Origin: an uncultured Desulforhopalus sp.
GTDB lineage: Bacteria > Desulfobacterota > Desulfobulbia > Desulfobulbales > Desulfocapsaceae
DNA length: 64,000 bases
NCBI GenBank assembly: GCA_963677465.1
Contig: OY781976.1
Coordinates: 5,247,678 to 5,311,677 of the forward strand
Direction of reading: 5' to 3'
Shown here: piece after piece, positions 9,648-19,026 of the stretch
Layout of the letters: each line of letters begins with the position of its first letter
Numbering within the stretch: the stretch's first letter is position 1
Translations under genes and position numbers: made by a program
Notes under the pieces: generated by a model
Told to the model about the DNA's origin: nothing
Databases searched by the model: none
Seen by the model: only the letters and a program-made list of their open reading frames with translations

Positions 9648-10739
9648 GTGGCCAATTCGGTACTTACTATACGCGGGGTTTCAAAATCCTTCGACGGTCA
9701 TGTCGTACTGCGGGATTTCAGTCTTGATATCGCCCACGGAGAATTTATTACTCTCCTGGGGCCTTCCGGCTGTGGCAAAACCACGCTTCTGCGTCTTGTT
9801 GCCGGCTTTGAAAAACCCGATGTCGGCTCAATCTTTCTCGACGACACAGATATCCTGCACCTTCCGCCCGAGAAAAGACAGGTTAATACCGTCTTTCAAA
9901 GTTATGCCCTTTTTCCCCATATGACCGTCTTTGACAATGTCGCCTTTGGCCTGAGCCTCAAAGGTATTAAGGGAGAGGTCTTACGCCAGCAGGTGGAGGC
10001 AATACTCGCTGATGTGAAAATGGCGGCTTTTAGCCAACGTTTTCCAGGCCAACTCTCCGGCGGCCAGCAGCAAAGAGTGGCGATGGCCCGGGCGCTCATC
10101 AATCGGCCTCGGGTACTTCTTCTCGACGAACCGCTCTCCGCCCTTGATGCACGACTCCGTCGGCAAATGCAGGTTGAATTAAAACGGCTGCAGCGTGAAC
10201 TTGACATGACCTTTATTCTGGTCACCCATGATCAGGAGGAGGCGCTGTCCATGTCTGACCGGGTAGTGGTCATGCAGGATGGCAAAATTGTTCAAATCGG
10301 CACTCCAAGAGAAGTCTATGAAGAGCCGAACAGCCTCTACGTTGCTAAATTTATTGGCGATATCAACCTTTTCCCCGGCACTGTCAAAACCCGCATCGAT
10401 GCCAATCATCTCGATATCAGCATCTTCAATCAAACGGTTATTGCCCAGACCAGCAAAGAATTTGCGTACGGCCAATCTGTTCACCTGCTGCTCAGGCCGG
10501 AAGACCTTCGCCTCGCCGAAGAGATAGAGGCCGGCATGCCGGTTTTTCCCGGCGCTATTGTTGAGCGCAGTTACCGGGGATCTACACTTGACACGACAAT
10601 TCATCTGGACGATGGCCCGGTAATTAGCGCCTGCGAATTTTTTGATGAGGACGATCCCGACTTTGATTATCGCGTCGGTGAGCGGGTGAAGGTTTCCTGG
10701 GTCAAGGGCTGGGAGGTGGTCTTGCCAGATGAAGAGTAG
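9648..10739 (+). CDS. potA: Spermidine/putrescine ABC transporter ATP-binding protein
   Basis: Walker A GPSGCGKTT, signature LSGGQQQR, Walker B LLLDEPLSALD and a C-terminal TOBE-like region. It is the first gene of a 4-gene pot-type operon. GTG start after AAGGA. Confidence 0.85.
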   Translation: MANSVLTIRGVSKSFDGHVVLRDFSLDIAHGEFITLLGPSGCGKTTLLRLVAGFEKPDVGSIFLDDTDILHLPPEKRQVNTVFQSYALFPHMTVFDNVAFGLSLKGIKGEVLRQQVEAILADVKMAAFSQRFPGQLSGGQQQRVAMARALINRPRVLLLDEPLSALDARLRRQMQVELKRLQRELDMTFILVTHDQEEALSMSDRVVVMQDGKIVQIGTPREVYEEPNSLYVAKFIGDINLFPGTVKTRIDANHLDISIFNQTVIAQTSKEFAYGQSVHLLLRPEDLRLAEEIEAGMPVFPGAIVERSYRGSTLDTTIHLDDGPVISACEFFDEDDPDFDYRVGERVKVSWVKGWEVVLPDEE

Positions 10740-11580
10740 AACCCGGCAACTGGTCATCGGTCTGGTCTCCACCTGGCTGACACTCTTTGGCGTACTGCCG
10801 ATTCTGTTACTGGTGACGACAAGTTTTCTAGGCCAAGATCCCATAGAATTCTTCCGCCTTGGCTTTTCCTTTGATTCCTACCGCCAACTCGCCGATACAG
10901 TCTATCTCGATGTGATGCTTCGATCAGTCAAACTCGCCGCCTTGACGACTTTTTTCTGCCTTGCCATTGGCTATCCCTTTGCCTGGCTCACCGTGCGCCT
11001 ACATAAAAACTCCCGCACGGTGGTTCTTATTCTGCTGATGATCCCCTTCTGGACCAATTCACTGGTTCGAACCTACGCCATCCGCATGGTGCTCGGCACC
11101 CAGGGATTAGTCAATACCCTGTTGATGAAAACTGGGCTGATCGACAGTCCCATCCGGCTGCTCTACACCGATACGGCGGTGATCCTGGGACTCTTTTATC
11201 TGATGCTGCCGTTTATGATTCTACCGCTCTACGCCAACCTCGAAAAGCTCGATTTCCGTCTGGTGGAAGCGGCGCGGGACCTGGGAGCAAATTTTCGGCA
11301 GATCTTCCAAAAAATTATCCTGCCGCTTTCGCTGCCGGGGATCTTCGCCGGCTGTATCATGGTCTTCGTACCCACCATGGGACTCTTCTACGTTGCCAGC
11401 CTGCTGGGAGGGGCCAAACAGCTGCTCGTTGGCAATCTCATCCAGCAACAGTTTCTCAACGCCCGAAACTGGCCCCTCGGTTCAGCCACCAGCATCGTGC
11501 TGATCCTTATGATGACGATGATGCTGGCGGGTTATGCTCTGGTCTTACGCCGGTTGGCGACCAGGAGGGTCAAACCATGA
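10729..11580 (+). CDS. potB: Spermidine/putrescine ABC transporter permease
   Basis: 283-aa polytopic membrane protein of the binding-protein-dependent permease type (EAARDLGA motif). Overlaps the potA stop. Confidence 0.8.
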   Translation: MKSRTRQLVIGLVSTWLTLFGVLPILLLVTTSFLGQDPIEFFRLGFSFDSYRQLADTVYLDVMLRSVKLAALTTFFCLAIGYPFAWLTVRLHKNSRTVVLILLMIPFWTNSLVRTYAIRMVLGTQGLVNTLLMKTGLIDSPIRLLYTDTAVILGLFYLMLPFMILPLYANLEKLDFRLVEAARDLGANFRQIFQKIILPLSLPGIFAGCIMVFVPTMGLFYVASLLGGAKQLLVGNLIQQQFLNARNWPLGSATSIVLILMMTMMLAGYALVLRRLATRRVKP

Positions 11581-12359
11581 AAAAATTGCGCCTTCTTTTC
11601 TTCATCACCATTTTCAGCTACCTCTACCTGCCGATAATCATCCTCATCGTCAACGCCTTCAACAGTAACCGGTATGGCCTGAAATGGGATGGGTTTACCT
11701 TGAAATGGTTCTCTGCCATGGCGGGCAATGCCGGCCTTATGGAAGCGGCCAAACATTCGCTGGCGATTGCCGTCTGTGCCGCAACCTTTGCCACCTTGAT
11801 CGGTGCCCTGGCAGCTATTGCCTTCAACCGCTACCGCTTTCCCGGCAGGCGGGTTCTCCAGGGCACCCTGATGACTCTGATGATGGCCCCGGACATCATT
11901 CTCGCCATCTCGCTTTTGGTCCTTTTTGTGGTTATCGGCATATCGCTCGGTTTCTGGTCACTGGTCATTGCCCATATCACCTTCTGCCTCCCCTTTACCA
12001 TGATCACAGTATCTGCGAGGCTTCAGGGCTTTGATCCCTTTCTCCTTGACGCCGCCAAAGATCTCGGCGCCTCCGAGAGTCAGCTGCTCTACCGGATTGT
12101 CTTGCCAATCCTCCGGCCCGCCCTGTTTTCCAGCTGGCTGCTATCCTTTACCCTCTCTTTGGATGATGTTATAGTCAGTTCATTTGTTACTGGCCCATCG
12201 TATGATGTTCTGCCGCTGAAAATTTTCTCAATGGTAAAAGTTGGCGTAAAACCCGAAGTAAATGCACTGGCCGCCATCATGGTTTGCCTGTCACTGGTGC
12301 TTGTTTTGTTGATTCAGCTACTTAAAAAGGAGAAAGAGACCAATGAAAATTTGGAATAA
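11577..12359 (+). CDS. potC: Spermidine/putrescine ABC transporter permease
   Basis: 260-aa polytopic permease with the DAAKDLGAS motif. 4-nt overlap with potB. Confidence 0.8.
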   Translation: MKKLRLLFFITIFSYLYLPIIILIVNAFNSNRYGLKWDGFTLKWFSAMAGNAGLMEAAKHSLAIAVCAATFATLIGALAAIAFNRYRFPGRRVLQGTLMTLMMAPDIILAISLLVLFVVIGISLGFWSLVIAHITFCLPFTMITVSARLQGFDPFLLDAAKDLGASESQLLYRIVLPILRPALFSSWLLSFTLSLDDVIVSSFVTGPSYDVLPLKIFSMVKVGVKPEVNALAAIMVCLSLVLVLLIQLLKKEKETNENLE

Positions 12360-13383
12360 GGTATTTTTATCGGTGATGCTCACCCTACTCTGCACGTCCT
12401 CTGCTTTCGCTGGCGAAAAAGTCTATGTCTACAACTGGACAGAATACATCCCCGAAGCGGTCCTGGAGCAGTTCACCAAAGAAACTGGCATTGAAGTGGT
12501 CTACACCACCTATGACAGCAATGAGACCATGTATGCTAAACTCAAGCTGGTGAAGGAAAATGGCTATGATGTCGTTTTCCCGTCCACCTATTTCGTCAGC
12601 AGGATGGGCAAAGAGGGAATGCTGCAGCCACTCGATCATTCGCTCCTGCCAAACATGAAAGATCTTGACCCACGTCTGCTCAATAAGACATACGATAAAA
12701 ATAATGTCTATTCTCTTCCCTATATGTGGGGTTCAACGGGAATTGGTTATAACAGCTCGATAATCCCCGAGGGCGAAGTCACTGCCTGGAAGGATTTATG
12801 GAATCCGAAATACAAGAATCAGTTACTGCTGCAAGACGATATGCGGGAAGTGTTCCATATGGCTTTAAAAATCCAGGGACACAGCAGCAACACCACCGAT
12901 CCAAAGGAAATTGAATCGGCATACCTGCTTTTAAAGGACCTGATGCCAAATGTCCTCCTTTTTAACAGCGATTCACCGCGACTGCCCTACCTGGCCGGTG
13001 AAGTCAATGTCGGGATGATCTGGAATGGTGAAGCATGGATGGCCGAACAGGAGAACCCGGCAATTCGCTATGTTTATCCACGGGAAGGGGCAAATCTCTG
13101 GGTCGACAGCTACGTCATCCCTAAAACTGCCAGAAATGTCAAAAATGCTCATCAGTTCATCAATTTCATGATGAAACCAGAGGTGGCCAAACTCTGTGTT
13201 GAGGAAAATGGCTACGCCACGCCGGTGGTAACAGCCTTGCCCCTGCTGGACGAAAATGTCCGCACCAGCCTGACGGTCTTCCCCACCACAGAGATAATCG
13301 ATAATGGCGAATTCCAGGCCGATGTTGGAGAAGCCTTGCCAATCTATCAGCAATACTGGGAGAAACTTCGCACCGGAAATTAA
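12343..13383 (+). CDS. potD: Periplasmic spermidine/putrescine-binding protein
   Basis: Signal peptide MKIWNKVFLSVMLTLLCTSSAFAG. PotD/PotF-like N-terminus VYVYNWTEYIP. Last gene of the pot operon. Confidence 0.8.
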   Translation: MKIWNKVFLSVMLTLLCTSSAFAGEKVYVYNWTEYIPEAVLEQFTKETGIEVVYTTYDSNETMYAKLKLVKENGYDVVFPSTYFVSRMGKEGMLQPLDHSLLPNMKDLDPRLLNKTYDKNNVYSLPYMWGSTGIGYNSSIIPEGEVTAWKDLWNPKYKNQLLLQDDMREVFHMALKIQGHSSNTTDPKEIESAYLLLKDLMPNVLLFNSDSPRLPYLAGEVNVGMIWNGEAWMAEQENPAIRYVYPREGANLWVDSYVIPKTARNVKNAHQFINFMMKPEVAKLCVEENGYATPVVTALPLLDENVRTSLTVFPTTEIIDNGEFQADVGEALPIYQQYWEKLRTGN

Positions 13384-13437
13384 TCGGCCACCAAAAACGC
13401 CGGGATCCCCGAGGCATCCATTAATCCACAAGAACTC

Positions 13438-13579
13438 GGATCCTGTCCGAGAATAGGCATTTTGTTCATAATTGAGGCATTTTCATAAAAATAAGCGGAG
13501 CTATATAATTAATATTGCGAGCATTATTTTTATAAAATAACGAAAAGTTTGGACAAAAAGGCATTCTCGGACAGGATCC
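13438..13579. repeat. 17-bp perfect inverted repeat flanking a 108-bp AT-rich spacer
   Basis: GGATCCTGTCCGAGAAT at 13438-13454 and its exact reverse complement at 13563-13579. The spacer is very AT-rich and contains repeated GGCATT(TT) motifs. Each arm also overlaps a short local palindrome (CTCGGA..TCCGAG). Confidence 0.85.
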
Positions 13580-13631
13580 TCGGCGTTAAATGGTATTTGA
13601 AGCTTATTACTTGAATCCAGCAGGATATCCC

Positions 13632-13976
13632 ATGAGCAAAGCCATAAAAGCCGCCTTGTTATCCGCTTTTGTCTTTCCTGGAACCGGGCACTTTTACTTA
13701 AAAAAATATGTTACAGGTACCTTGCTGGCTGGCATTGCCCTGGCATCGCTCTACTTGATGATTTCCAGAATGGTGGAGAGGGCATTGCTGATAGTTGACA
13801 AAATCCAATCCGGTGAAGTTCCACTGGATATCACAGCAATTGCCGAGTTACTGTCAAAGCAACCAGATGGAACTGACACGCAACTCTACATTATTACCTG
13901 GACACTCTTCATCTTTTCCTGGTTTATTGCTGTTGCCGACTCGTACAGGATAGGCCGCAGACAAGATAAGAAATAA
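13632..13976 (+). CDS. Small integral membrane protein, function unknown
   Basis: About three hydrophobic helices (ALLSAFVFPGTGHFYL, LLAGIALASLYLMI, IITWTLFIFSWFIAV). ATG preceded by AGGA. The track ORF starts earlier, at 13590. Confidence 0.5.
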   Translation: MSKAIKAALLSAFVFPGTGHFYLKKYVTGTLLAGIALASLYLMISRMVERALLIVDKIQSGEVPLDITAIAELLSKQPDGTDTQLYIITWTLFIFSWFIAVADSYRIGRRQDKK

Positions 13977-14082
13977 ATCTCACTTTTTTTATCTGAAATC
14001 TGCTGTGCTAAGATTTTTGTAAGTTTTAGATTTTATAGTTCCTCCCAGATGAAACCAAAAATATTCAATCAGGGAGACAGCC

Positions 14083-14268
14083 ATGACAGAAGCACAGCGA
14101 GATGATTTGATTATTGAATTAAGCCTCTATTCCCCCTCGCAGATCCGACAGATAATCGCTGATTATCAGCGACTACCAAAGCCAAACGACTGCGATCTCC
14201 CCTTTTACGAATTCTTAAAAGAAAAGCTGGAAATCGAAGGCTACTGGAAACAAGTGGGACTGGCATAG
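14083..14268 (+). CDS. Hypothetical small protein (61 aa)
   Basis: ATG preceded by GGGAGA. I recognised no family. Confidence 0.35.
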   Translation: MTEAQRDDLIIELSLYSPSQIRQIIADYQRLPKPNDCDLPFYEFLKEKLEIEGYWKQVGLA

Positions 14269-14345
14269 CACCCTGTTATGCGTACACCAGTTCAGAACGA
14301 TCAGCTTCAACGAATGTGATCGAAACCAAAAACATTAAGGCAAGA

Positions 14346-14600
14346 TTACTGATTCGTCGTTGTTGTCTTGATAGATTGATCTACCTGGTTGACCACATCG
14401 GCAATACCCGCAGCAAGCAGATCCGATTTCGTGACGAGTTCCAATTTCTTCATCCCCCGCGCATCAACAAAAGTATGCTCATAACGAGGACTGGTCTTTT
14501 TGATAATCTTCAAACTGTTGTCAAAAAGCACAAAATGATAGCTGAGCAATCCATAGCCAGCAACTGCGACAACAACAAGCAGCACAATAAACTTCTTCAT
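14346..14600 (-). CDS. Hypothetical membrane-anchored small protein
   Basis: Start at MKKFIVLLVVVAVAGYGLL (N-terminal hydrophobic anchor), preceded by AGGAAG. I recognised no family. Confidence 0.45.
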   Translation of the reverse strand: MKKFIVLLVVVAVAGYGLLSYHFVLFDNSLKIIKKTSPRYEHTFVDARGMKKLELVTKSDLLAAGIADVVNQVDQSIKTTTTNQ

Positions 14601-14711
14601 TAATCTTCCTTTTACTCTACAATTTACCAGGGAACCTGGCACTCTCCAAAAGACAGAACTCTTTCATAAAAATCAATACATTCCTTTTATCAACCCGCCT
14701 TTGAACAGACG

Positions 14712-14749
14712 CAAAAAAAGCACGTCCATTATATGGCGTGCTTTTTTTC
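14712..14749 (-). terminator. Bidirectional intrinsic terminator downstream of the BAX inhibitor-1 family gene
   Basis: aaaaaaAGCACGtccattatatggCGTGCTttttttt. A 6-bp GC-containing stem sits between an A-run and a T-run, so it reads as a terminator on either strand. Confidence 0.6.
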
Positions 14750-14780
14750 TTTGCACTTAAAATATCAAGTTTTACAACGA

Positions 14781-15488
14781 TTAGTTTCTGTTGCCACCAA
14801 AAAAACGAAGTAGCATGAGAAACAGATTGATAAAATCCAAATAAAGCCTCAAAGCGCCCAGAATAGAGCCTTTGCGGATAGCCTCATCTCCCTGGGCCAT
14901 TATACCCTCCTCGCCTATCTTCTTTATTGCCTGAACATCATAGGCGGTGAGACCTGTAAAGATAAACACCCCGATAAGCGATATCATCCAGGACATCCCG
15001 GAACTTTTCAAAAAGATGTTAACGACTGAGGCGATGATAATCCCGACAAGACCCATAAAAAGAAAGGATCCCCATCCGGAAAGATCTCGTTTCGTAACCA
15101 GACCATAAACGGCCATCGCACCAAACATACCGGCCGTGATAAAAAAGGTCCCGGCAATAGAAGAGCTGGTATAGGCGAGAAACACAACGGACAGGGTAAG
15201 CCCGTTGAGCACCGAATAACCAACAAACAAACTGGAAGCAGTCGATGCCTGAATCTTTTGAATCCGGGCAGAAAGGTAAAAAACAAGTCCCAACTCAGCA
15301 ATCACCAAAACGAAAAAGATGGGGCTGCTAATGATCGCCCTGGCCAGACTGGTGCTGGCGGTAAAATATGCCACAATGCCGGTTATACCAAGACCAAGAG
15401 CCATCCAGTTAAAAACTTTGGCTAGAAAGACAGTTGAAGCCTCCTGCCGGGCCTGAGTTAATGTTATTTGATTTGCGTTTTCATACAT
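14781..15488 (-). CDS. BAX inhibitor-1 / YccA family membrane protein
   Basis: 235 aa with about 7 TM segments. N-terminus ...FLAKVFNWMALGLGITGIVAY and a charged C-terminal tail, both typical of the family. Confidence 0.75.
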   Translation of the reverse strand: MYENANQITLTQARQEASTVFLAKVFNWMALGLGITGIVAYFTASTSLARAIISSPIFFVLVIAELGLVFYLSARIQKIQASTASSLFVGYSVLNGLTLSVVFLAYTSSSIAGTFFITAGMFGAMAVYGLVTKRDLSGWGSFLFMGLVGIIIASVVNIFLKSSGMSWMISLIGVFIFTGLTAYDVQAIKKIGEEGIMAQGDEAIRKGSILGALRLYLDFINLFLMLLRFFGGNRN

Positions 15489-15795
15489 AATGTAATTCCT
15501 CTCACTTGAATATGAATAATTATCATGGCGGCCAAAAGTATACTCTTACGATAACCACTCGCCAAGCAGAAGGTAATACTCTTCTGTATATTTTTCTAAG
15601 AGATCTTTTCTTTTATCACACTTCGGCAGACCCTTTCAACAGGCAAGAGAATAAATCAAAAAATGAGTCCCAATCGCCGATATTCAAGATTGCTGGGTGA
15701 ACATTTGTCGCAAAAAGAGTTAACTGTCCTATACTAATTTGACAAACAGCGGCAAGAAGCGGCGCTAAAAAAGTGTATTGTTCAAAGAGGAACAG

Positions 15796-16626
15796 ATGGT
15801 ACAAATAGGCAAAATAAACAGGCTTTCAATACTAGAAGCTCGGGGCAACTCCATTCATCTTGATGGTGGTGAATCAGGAGCGATTCTTCTCAAAGGAGCA
15901 CGTGCTCAACAAAAATACCTACCAGGCGATGAACTCGATGTCTTTGTTTATGTCGACGGAGAACAGCGACTGGTTGCAACGACCCAAAAGCCCGCGGCAC
16001 TTGTGGGTGAATTCGCCTATTTGAGGGTAGTGGCCACCACAGACGCAGGCGCCTTTATGCATTGGGGGCTTGACAACGACCTGTTTGTCCCAAAAAGTCA
16101 GCAACAGAACAACATGAAGGAAGGCAGGTCCTATGTTGTCTTTATCTTCTTCAGCGAACAGCACAACCGCATCACGGCCTCTTCGAAGCTGGATAAATTC
16201 CTTGGCCAGCAACCGCCACAATATGAAGAGGGAGAAGAGATTGATCTTCTTGTCTATGCTGAAACAGATCTCGGATACAGTGCAGTTGTCAACAGCTGTC
16301 ATGCCGGCATGATCTACAAAAACGAAGTCTTTCAAAAGCTTGTCATTGGCGAGCGACTGCGGGGCTATGTTAAAAAAATACGAGAAGATCTCAAGATTGA
16401 CTTACGATTGCAGCAGGCAGGCTACAGAATAGTTGATGATATTTCTCAAACCATTCTTGATACAATAAAAGCTTGTGGCGGCATGGTTGCGGTAACCGAC
16501 AAAAGCCCGCCCGAAGATATCTATGCCCAGTTCGGCGTGAGCAAAAAAGTCTTCAAGAAGGCAATTGGTGCCCTCTATAAAAAAAGGCTGATCACACTCG
16601 ACACCAAGACCATTAAACTTGCTTAA
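15796..16626 (+). CDS. CvfB/YitL-like S1 domain RNA-binding protein
   Basis: N-terminus GKINRLSILEARGNSIHLDGGESGAILL with repeated S1-like segments and a C-terminal winged-helix-like tail. ATG preceded by AGAGGA. Confidence 0.65.
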   Translation: MVQIGKINRLSILEARGNSIHLDGGESGAILLKGARAQQKYLPGDELDVFVYVDGEQRLVATTQKPAALVGEFAYLRVVATTDAGAFMHWGLDNDLFVPKSQQQNNMKEGRSYVVFIFFSEQHNRITASSKLDKFLGQQPPQYEEGEEIDLLVYAETDLGYSAVVNSCHAGMIYKNEVFQKLVIGERLRGYVKKIREDLKIDLRLQQAGYRIVDDISQTILDTIKACGGMVAVTDKSPPEDIYAQFGVSKKVFKKAIGALYKKRLITLDTKTIKLA

Positions 16627-16665
16627 GCTCACCAAAAACTACTGGTTGACTCATGGACGAATGGA

Positions 16666-16689
16666 CAGGAAGTCATGAATGACTTCCTG
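16666..16689. terminator. Perfect 11-bp hairpin between convergent genes
   Basis: CAGGAAGTCAT-ga-ATGACTTCCTG lies 40 nt after the CvfB-like stop and spans the stop codon of the convergent minus-strand gene. There is no clear U-tract. Confidence 0.4.
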
Positions 16690-16999
16690 AGTTAAGATCT
16701 TCATCAATATAACGTTGGATATAACGCTGACCGTTGAGCGTCGAACTGACAACCCAAGCCACCAGAAAAAGCACCAGGCTCAGGGTCACGGGCATTGCTT
16801 TTGGCAATAACCAAATCAGCGGCAAGAGCACGGCCATTCCCACACCTAAATACTTCAAGGCACGTTGCCTGGATAGTTTGATGGTCTCCCGCGCCGCTTC
16901 CGGTGTATTGATGCCATGGGCGCGCAGAGTGTCACGCATCGACTCATAGCCTGCCTGGTGCCGACTTTCCAGGCGACCAAAGGGATCATTAAGCTTCAT
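16673..16999 (-). CDS. Hypothetical two-TM membrane protein
   Basis: 108-aa ORF with two hydrophobic helices (LGVGMAVLLPLIWLL, VTLSLVLFLVAWVV). I recognised no family. Confidence 0.45.
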   Translation of the reverse strand: MKLNDPFGRLESRHQAGYESMRDTLRAHGINTPEAARETIKLSRQRALKYLGVGMAVLLPLIWLLPKAMPVTLSLVLFLVAWVVSSTLNGQRYIQRYIDEDLNSGSHS

Positions 17000-17059
17000 A
17001 GAACAACCTCTTAAAAAAAATATGCCTGATTTTCAAAAACACCTCGAACATTACAATAA

Positions 17060-17884
17060 TCACCCTTCCGCTGCCAGCGAGCTCCAGAGAACGACCTTGT
17101 TCCTACCGGTTTGCTTGGCATGATAAAGCGCCTTATCAGCCCGCTCAATCAGGCATTCGAGGGTGTCATTATCCTGGTACTGCGCCAGCCCTATTGAGAT
17201 CGTCAAATCAAAGGGCAAGGCCGGGTCAAACCCCCGTTGAATAGCCAGTCGGATTCGTTCGGCAAAATGAAAAGCCATACCTTCGTCGGTTGCCCGCAGC
17301 AGGATAACGAATTCTTCCCCACCCCAGCGGACAACCGTGTCATAGGGTCGGCACTGTTCTTTCAGGCAATTACTGGTTGCTTTTAAGGCGAGATCGCCAA
17401 AATAGTGCCCATGGATATCGTTAACCTGCTTAAAATGATCGAGATCAAGAAAGAGAATGCTCATTGATTCCTGCCGCCGAAGGCTTCTGGCGCATTCATC
17501 ATGAAAGTTTTCAGCAAAATAACGGCGATTTTTCAAACCGGTTAATGGATCAATGGCTGACAACTCTTCAAGTTTTCGAAGCATTGTATTAAGCTGGGTA
17601 TCCTTGTCATTTCGAATTGTTCCAAGAATACCGAAGACAAGTCCGAACAACAACGGATGGCCGAGAAAAAACCACTGTAAGGGTGAGGAAATAGCTGTTA
17701 GATATGGATTTGCCACACCTGAAGCTTCGTGAAAATGGGCTTGAATAAAGAGGGTGACGAGTGGAATAGGCAGGCCCCAGAGAACACCAAACCAGATATA
17801 GATATTTTGTCTGAGATTGTAGCTATAGGGCTGTATGGCAGCAGCGAAAAACTCGTTAATCTGTTTCGGAATGTGAACTGCCAT
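17060..17884 (-). CDS. Membrane-anchored diguanylate cyclase (GGDEF domain)
   Basis: N-terminal TM helices, then a GGDEF domain with an intact active site (RWGGEEFVILL) and DPLTGLKNRR upstream. Confidence 0.85.
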   Translation of the reverse strand: MAVHIPKQINEFFAAAIQPYSYNLRQNIYIWFGVLWGLPIPLVTLFIQAHFHEASGVANPYLTAISSPLQWFFLGHPLLFGLVFGILGTIRNDKDTQLNTMLRKLEELSAIDPLTGLKNRRYFAENFHDECARSLRRQESMSILFLDLDHFKQVNDIHGHYFGDLALKATSNCLKEQCRPYDTVVRWGGEEFVILLRATDEGMAFHFAERIRLAIQRGFDPALPFDLTISIGLAQYQDNDTLECLIERADKALYHAKQTGRNKVVLWSSLAAEG

Positions 17885-18173
17885 GTCTGGTTATCGCTGA
17901 TAATGAAGGTTGCGAATATATACACTTAGACCTTAAGATCCCTAACAAGCATTTCTTTAGCCCAGCTATTCTTTTGACGACAATGCTACTCTGTCATCAT
18001 AACAATTGCACTATTGCGAGTCACGTGGATTCTGTCGCCGCTCTCCGGCCACCAGATATGCAGCCAACAAGAATGATCTTTCTTCCGTTACTTGCAAAAT
18101 ATCCTTATAGTAGCGGATACAACGTTGAAGCAAATTTATAATCATGGACTTTCAACAAGGAGGAAAAGAAACT

Positions 18174-18962
18174 ATGCGATGTCATGAAGTTGATTATGAA
18201 ATTATCGGTCACGATATGCAAATGGTTGAGGTGGAACTCGACCCCGGTGAGTCTGTGATAGCCGAAGCCGGAGCCATGAATTATATGGAAGACGGAATTG
18301 ATTTTCAGACGAAAATGGGCGATGGCTCCAATCCCAACCAGGGATTCATGGGCAAACTTTTCTCGGCCGGCAAAAGGGTGATTTCCGGCGAGTCTCTTTT
18401 TATGACCCATTTCACCAATCAAGGTTCCGGCAAAAAAAGGGTCGCCTTCGCTGCACCATTTCCTGGCAGTATTATCCCGGTCAACATGGCGGAAATAGGC
18501 GAGCAACTCTTCTGCCAGAAGGATTCATTTCTCTGCGCCGCTCTCGGCACCAACGTTGACATAGCCTTCCAGCGCAAATTGGGCACTGGTTTCTTCGGCG
18601 GTGAAGGCTTTATACTCGAAAAACTCCAGGGTGACGGCATGGCCTTTTTCCATGCAGGTGGCACAGTGGTCAGAAAGCAATTAAAGGGCGAAACGCTGCG
18701 GGTGGACACCGGCTGCATTGTCGCTTTTACAGGAAATACCGATTACGATATCAAGATGGTAAGTGGTCTCAAGAGTATGTTCTTTGGCGGAGAAGGACTC
18801 TTTCTCGCCACCCTCTCAGGCCATGGCTCCGTCTGGCTGCAGAGCCTGCCATTTTCCCGCCTGGCAGACAGAATAATAGCACACGCGCCCTCGTCAGGTG
18901 GTAAAGATCAGGGCGAAGGCAGTCTCCTTGGCGGTATAGGTCGAATGATCGACGGTCGCTAG
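18174..18962 (+). CDS. AIM24 / TIGR00266 (DUF124) family protein
   Basis: [38 protein letters not shown]... is typical of the family. ATG preceded by AGGAGG. Confidence 0.7.
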   Translation: MRCHEVDYEIIGHDMQMVEVELDPGESVIAEAGAMNYMEDGIDFQTKMGDGSNPNQGFMGKLFSAGKRVISGESLFMTHFTNQGSGKKRVAFAAPFPGSIIPVNMAEIGEQLFCQKDSFLCAALGTNVDIAFQRKLGTGFFGGEGFILEKLQGDGMAFFHAGGTVVRKQLKGETLRVDTGCIVAFTGNTDYDIKMVSGLKSMFFGGEGLFLATLSGHGSVWLQSLPFSRLADRIIAHAPSSGGKDQGEGSLLGGIGRMIDGR

Positions 18963-19026
18963 ATCGTCACTTCAGTTCATTAAATTTGACACACATCACA
19001 GACTCTCTCAAAGGGAGAACAGTCAT

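Noticed and set aside
10179-10844. 221-aa minus-strand ORF across the potA/potB junction.
   Set aside because: Antisense to two genes with unambiguous ABC transporter motifs. It has no motifs of its own.
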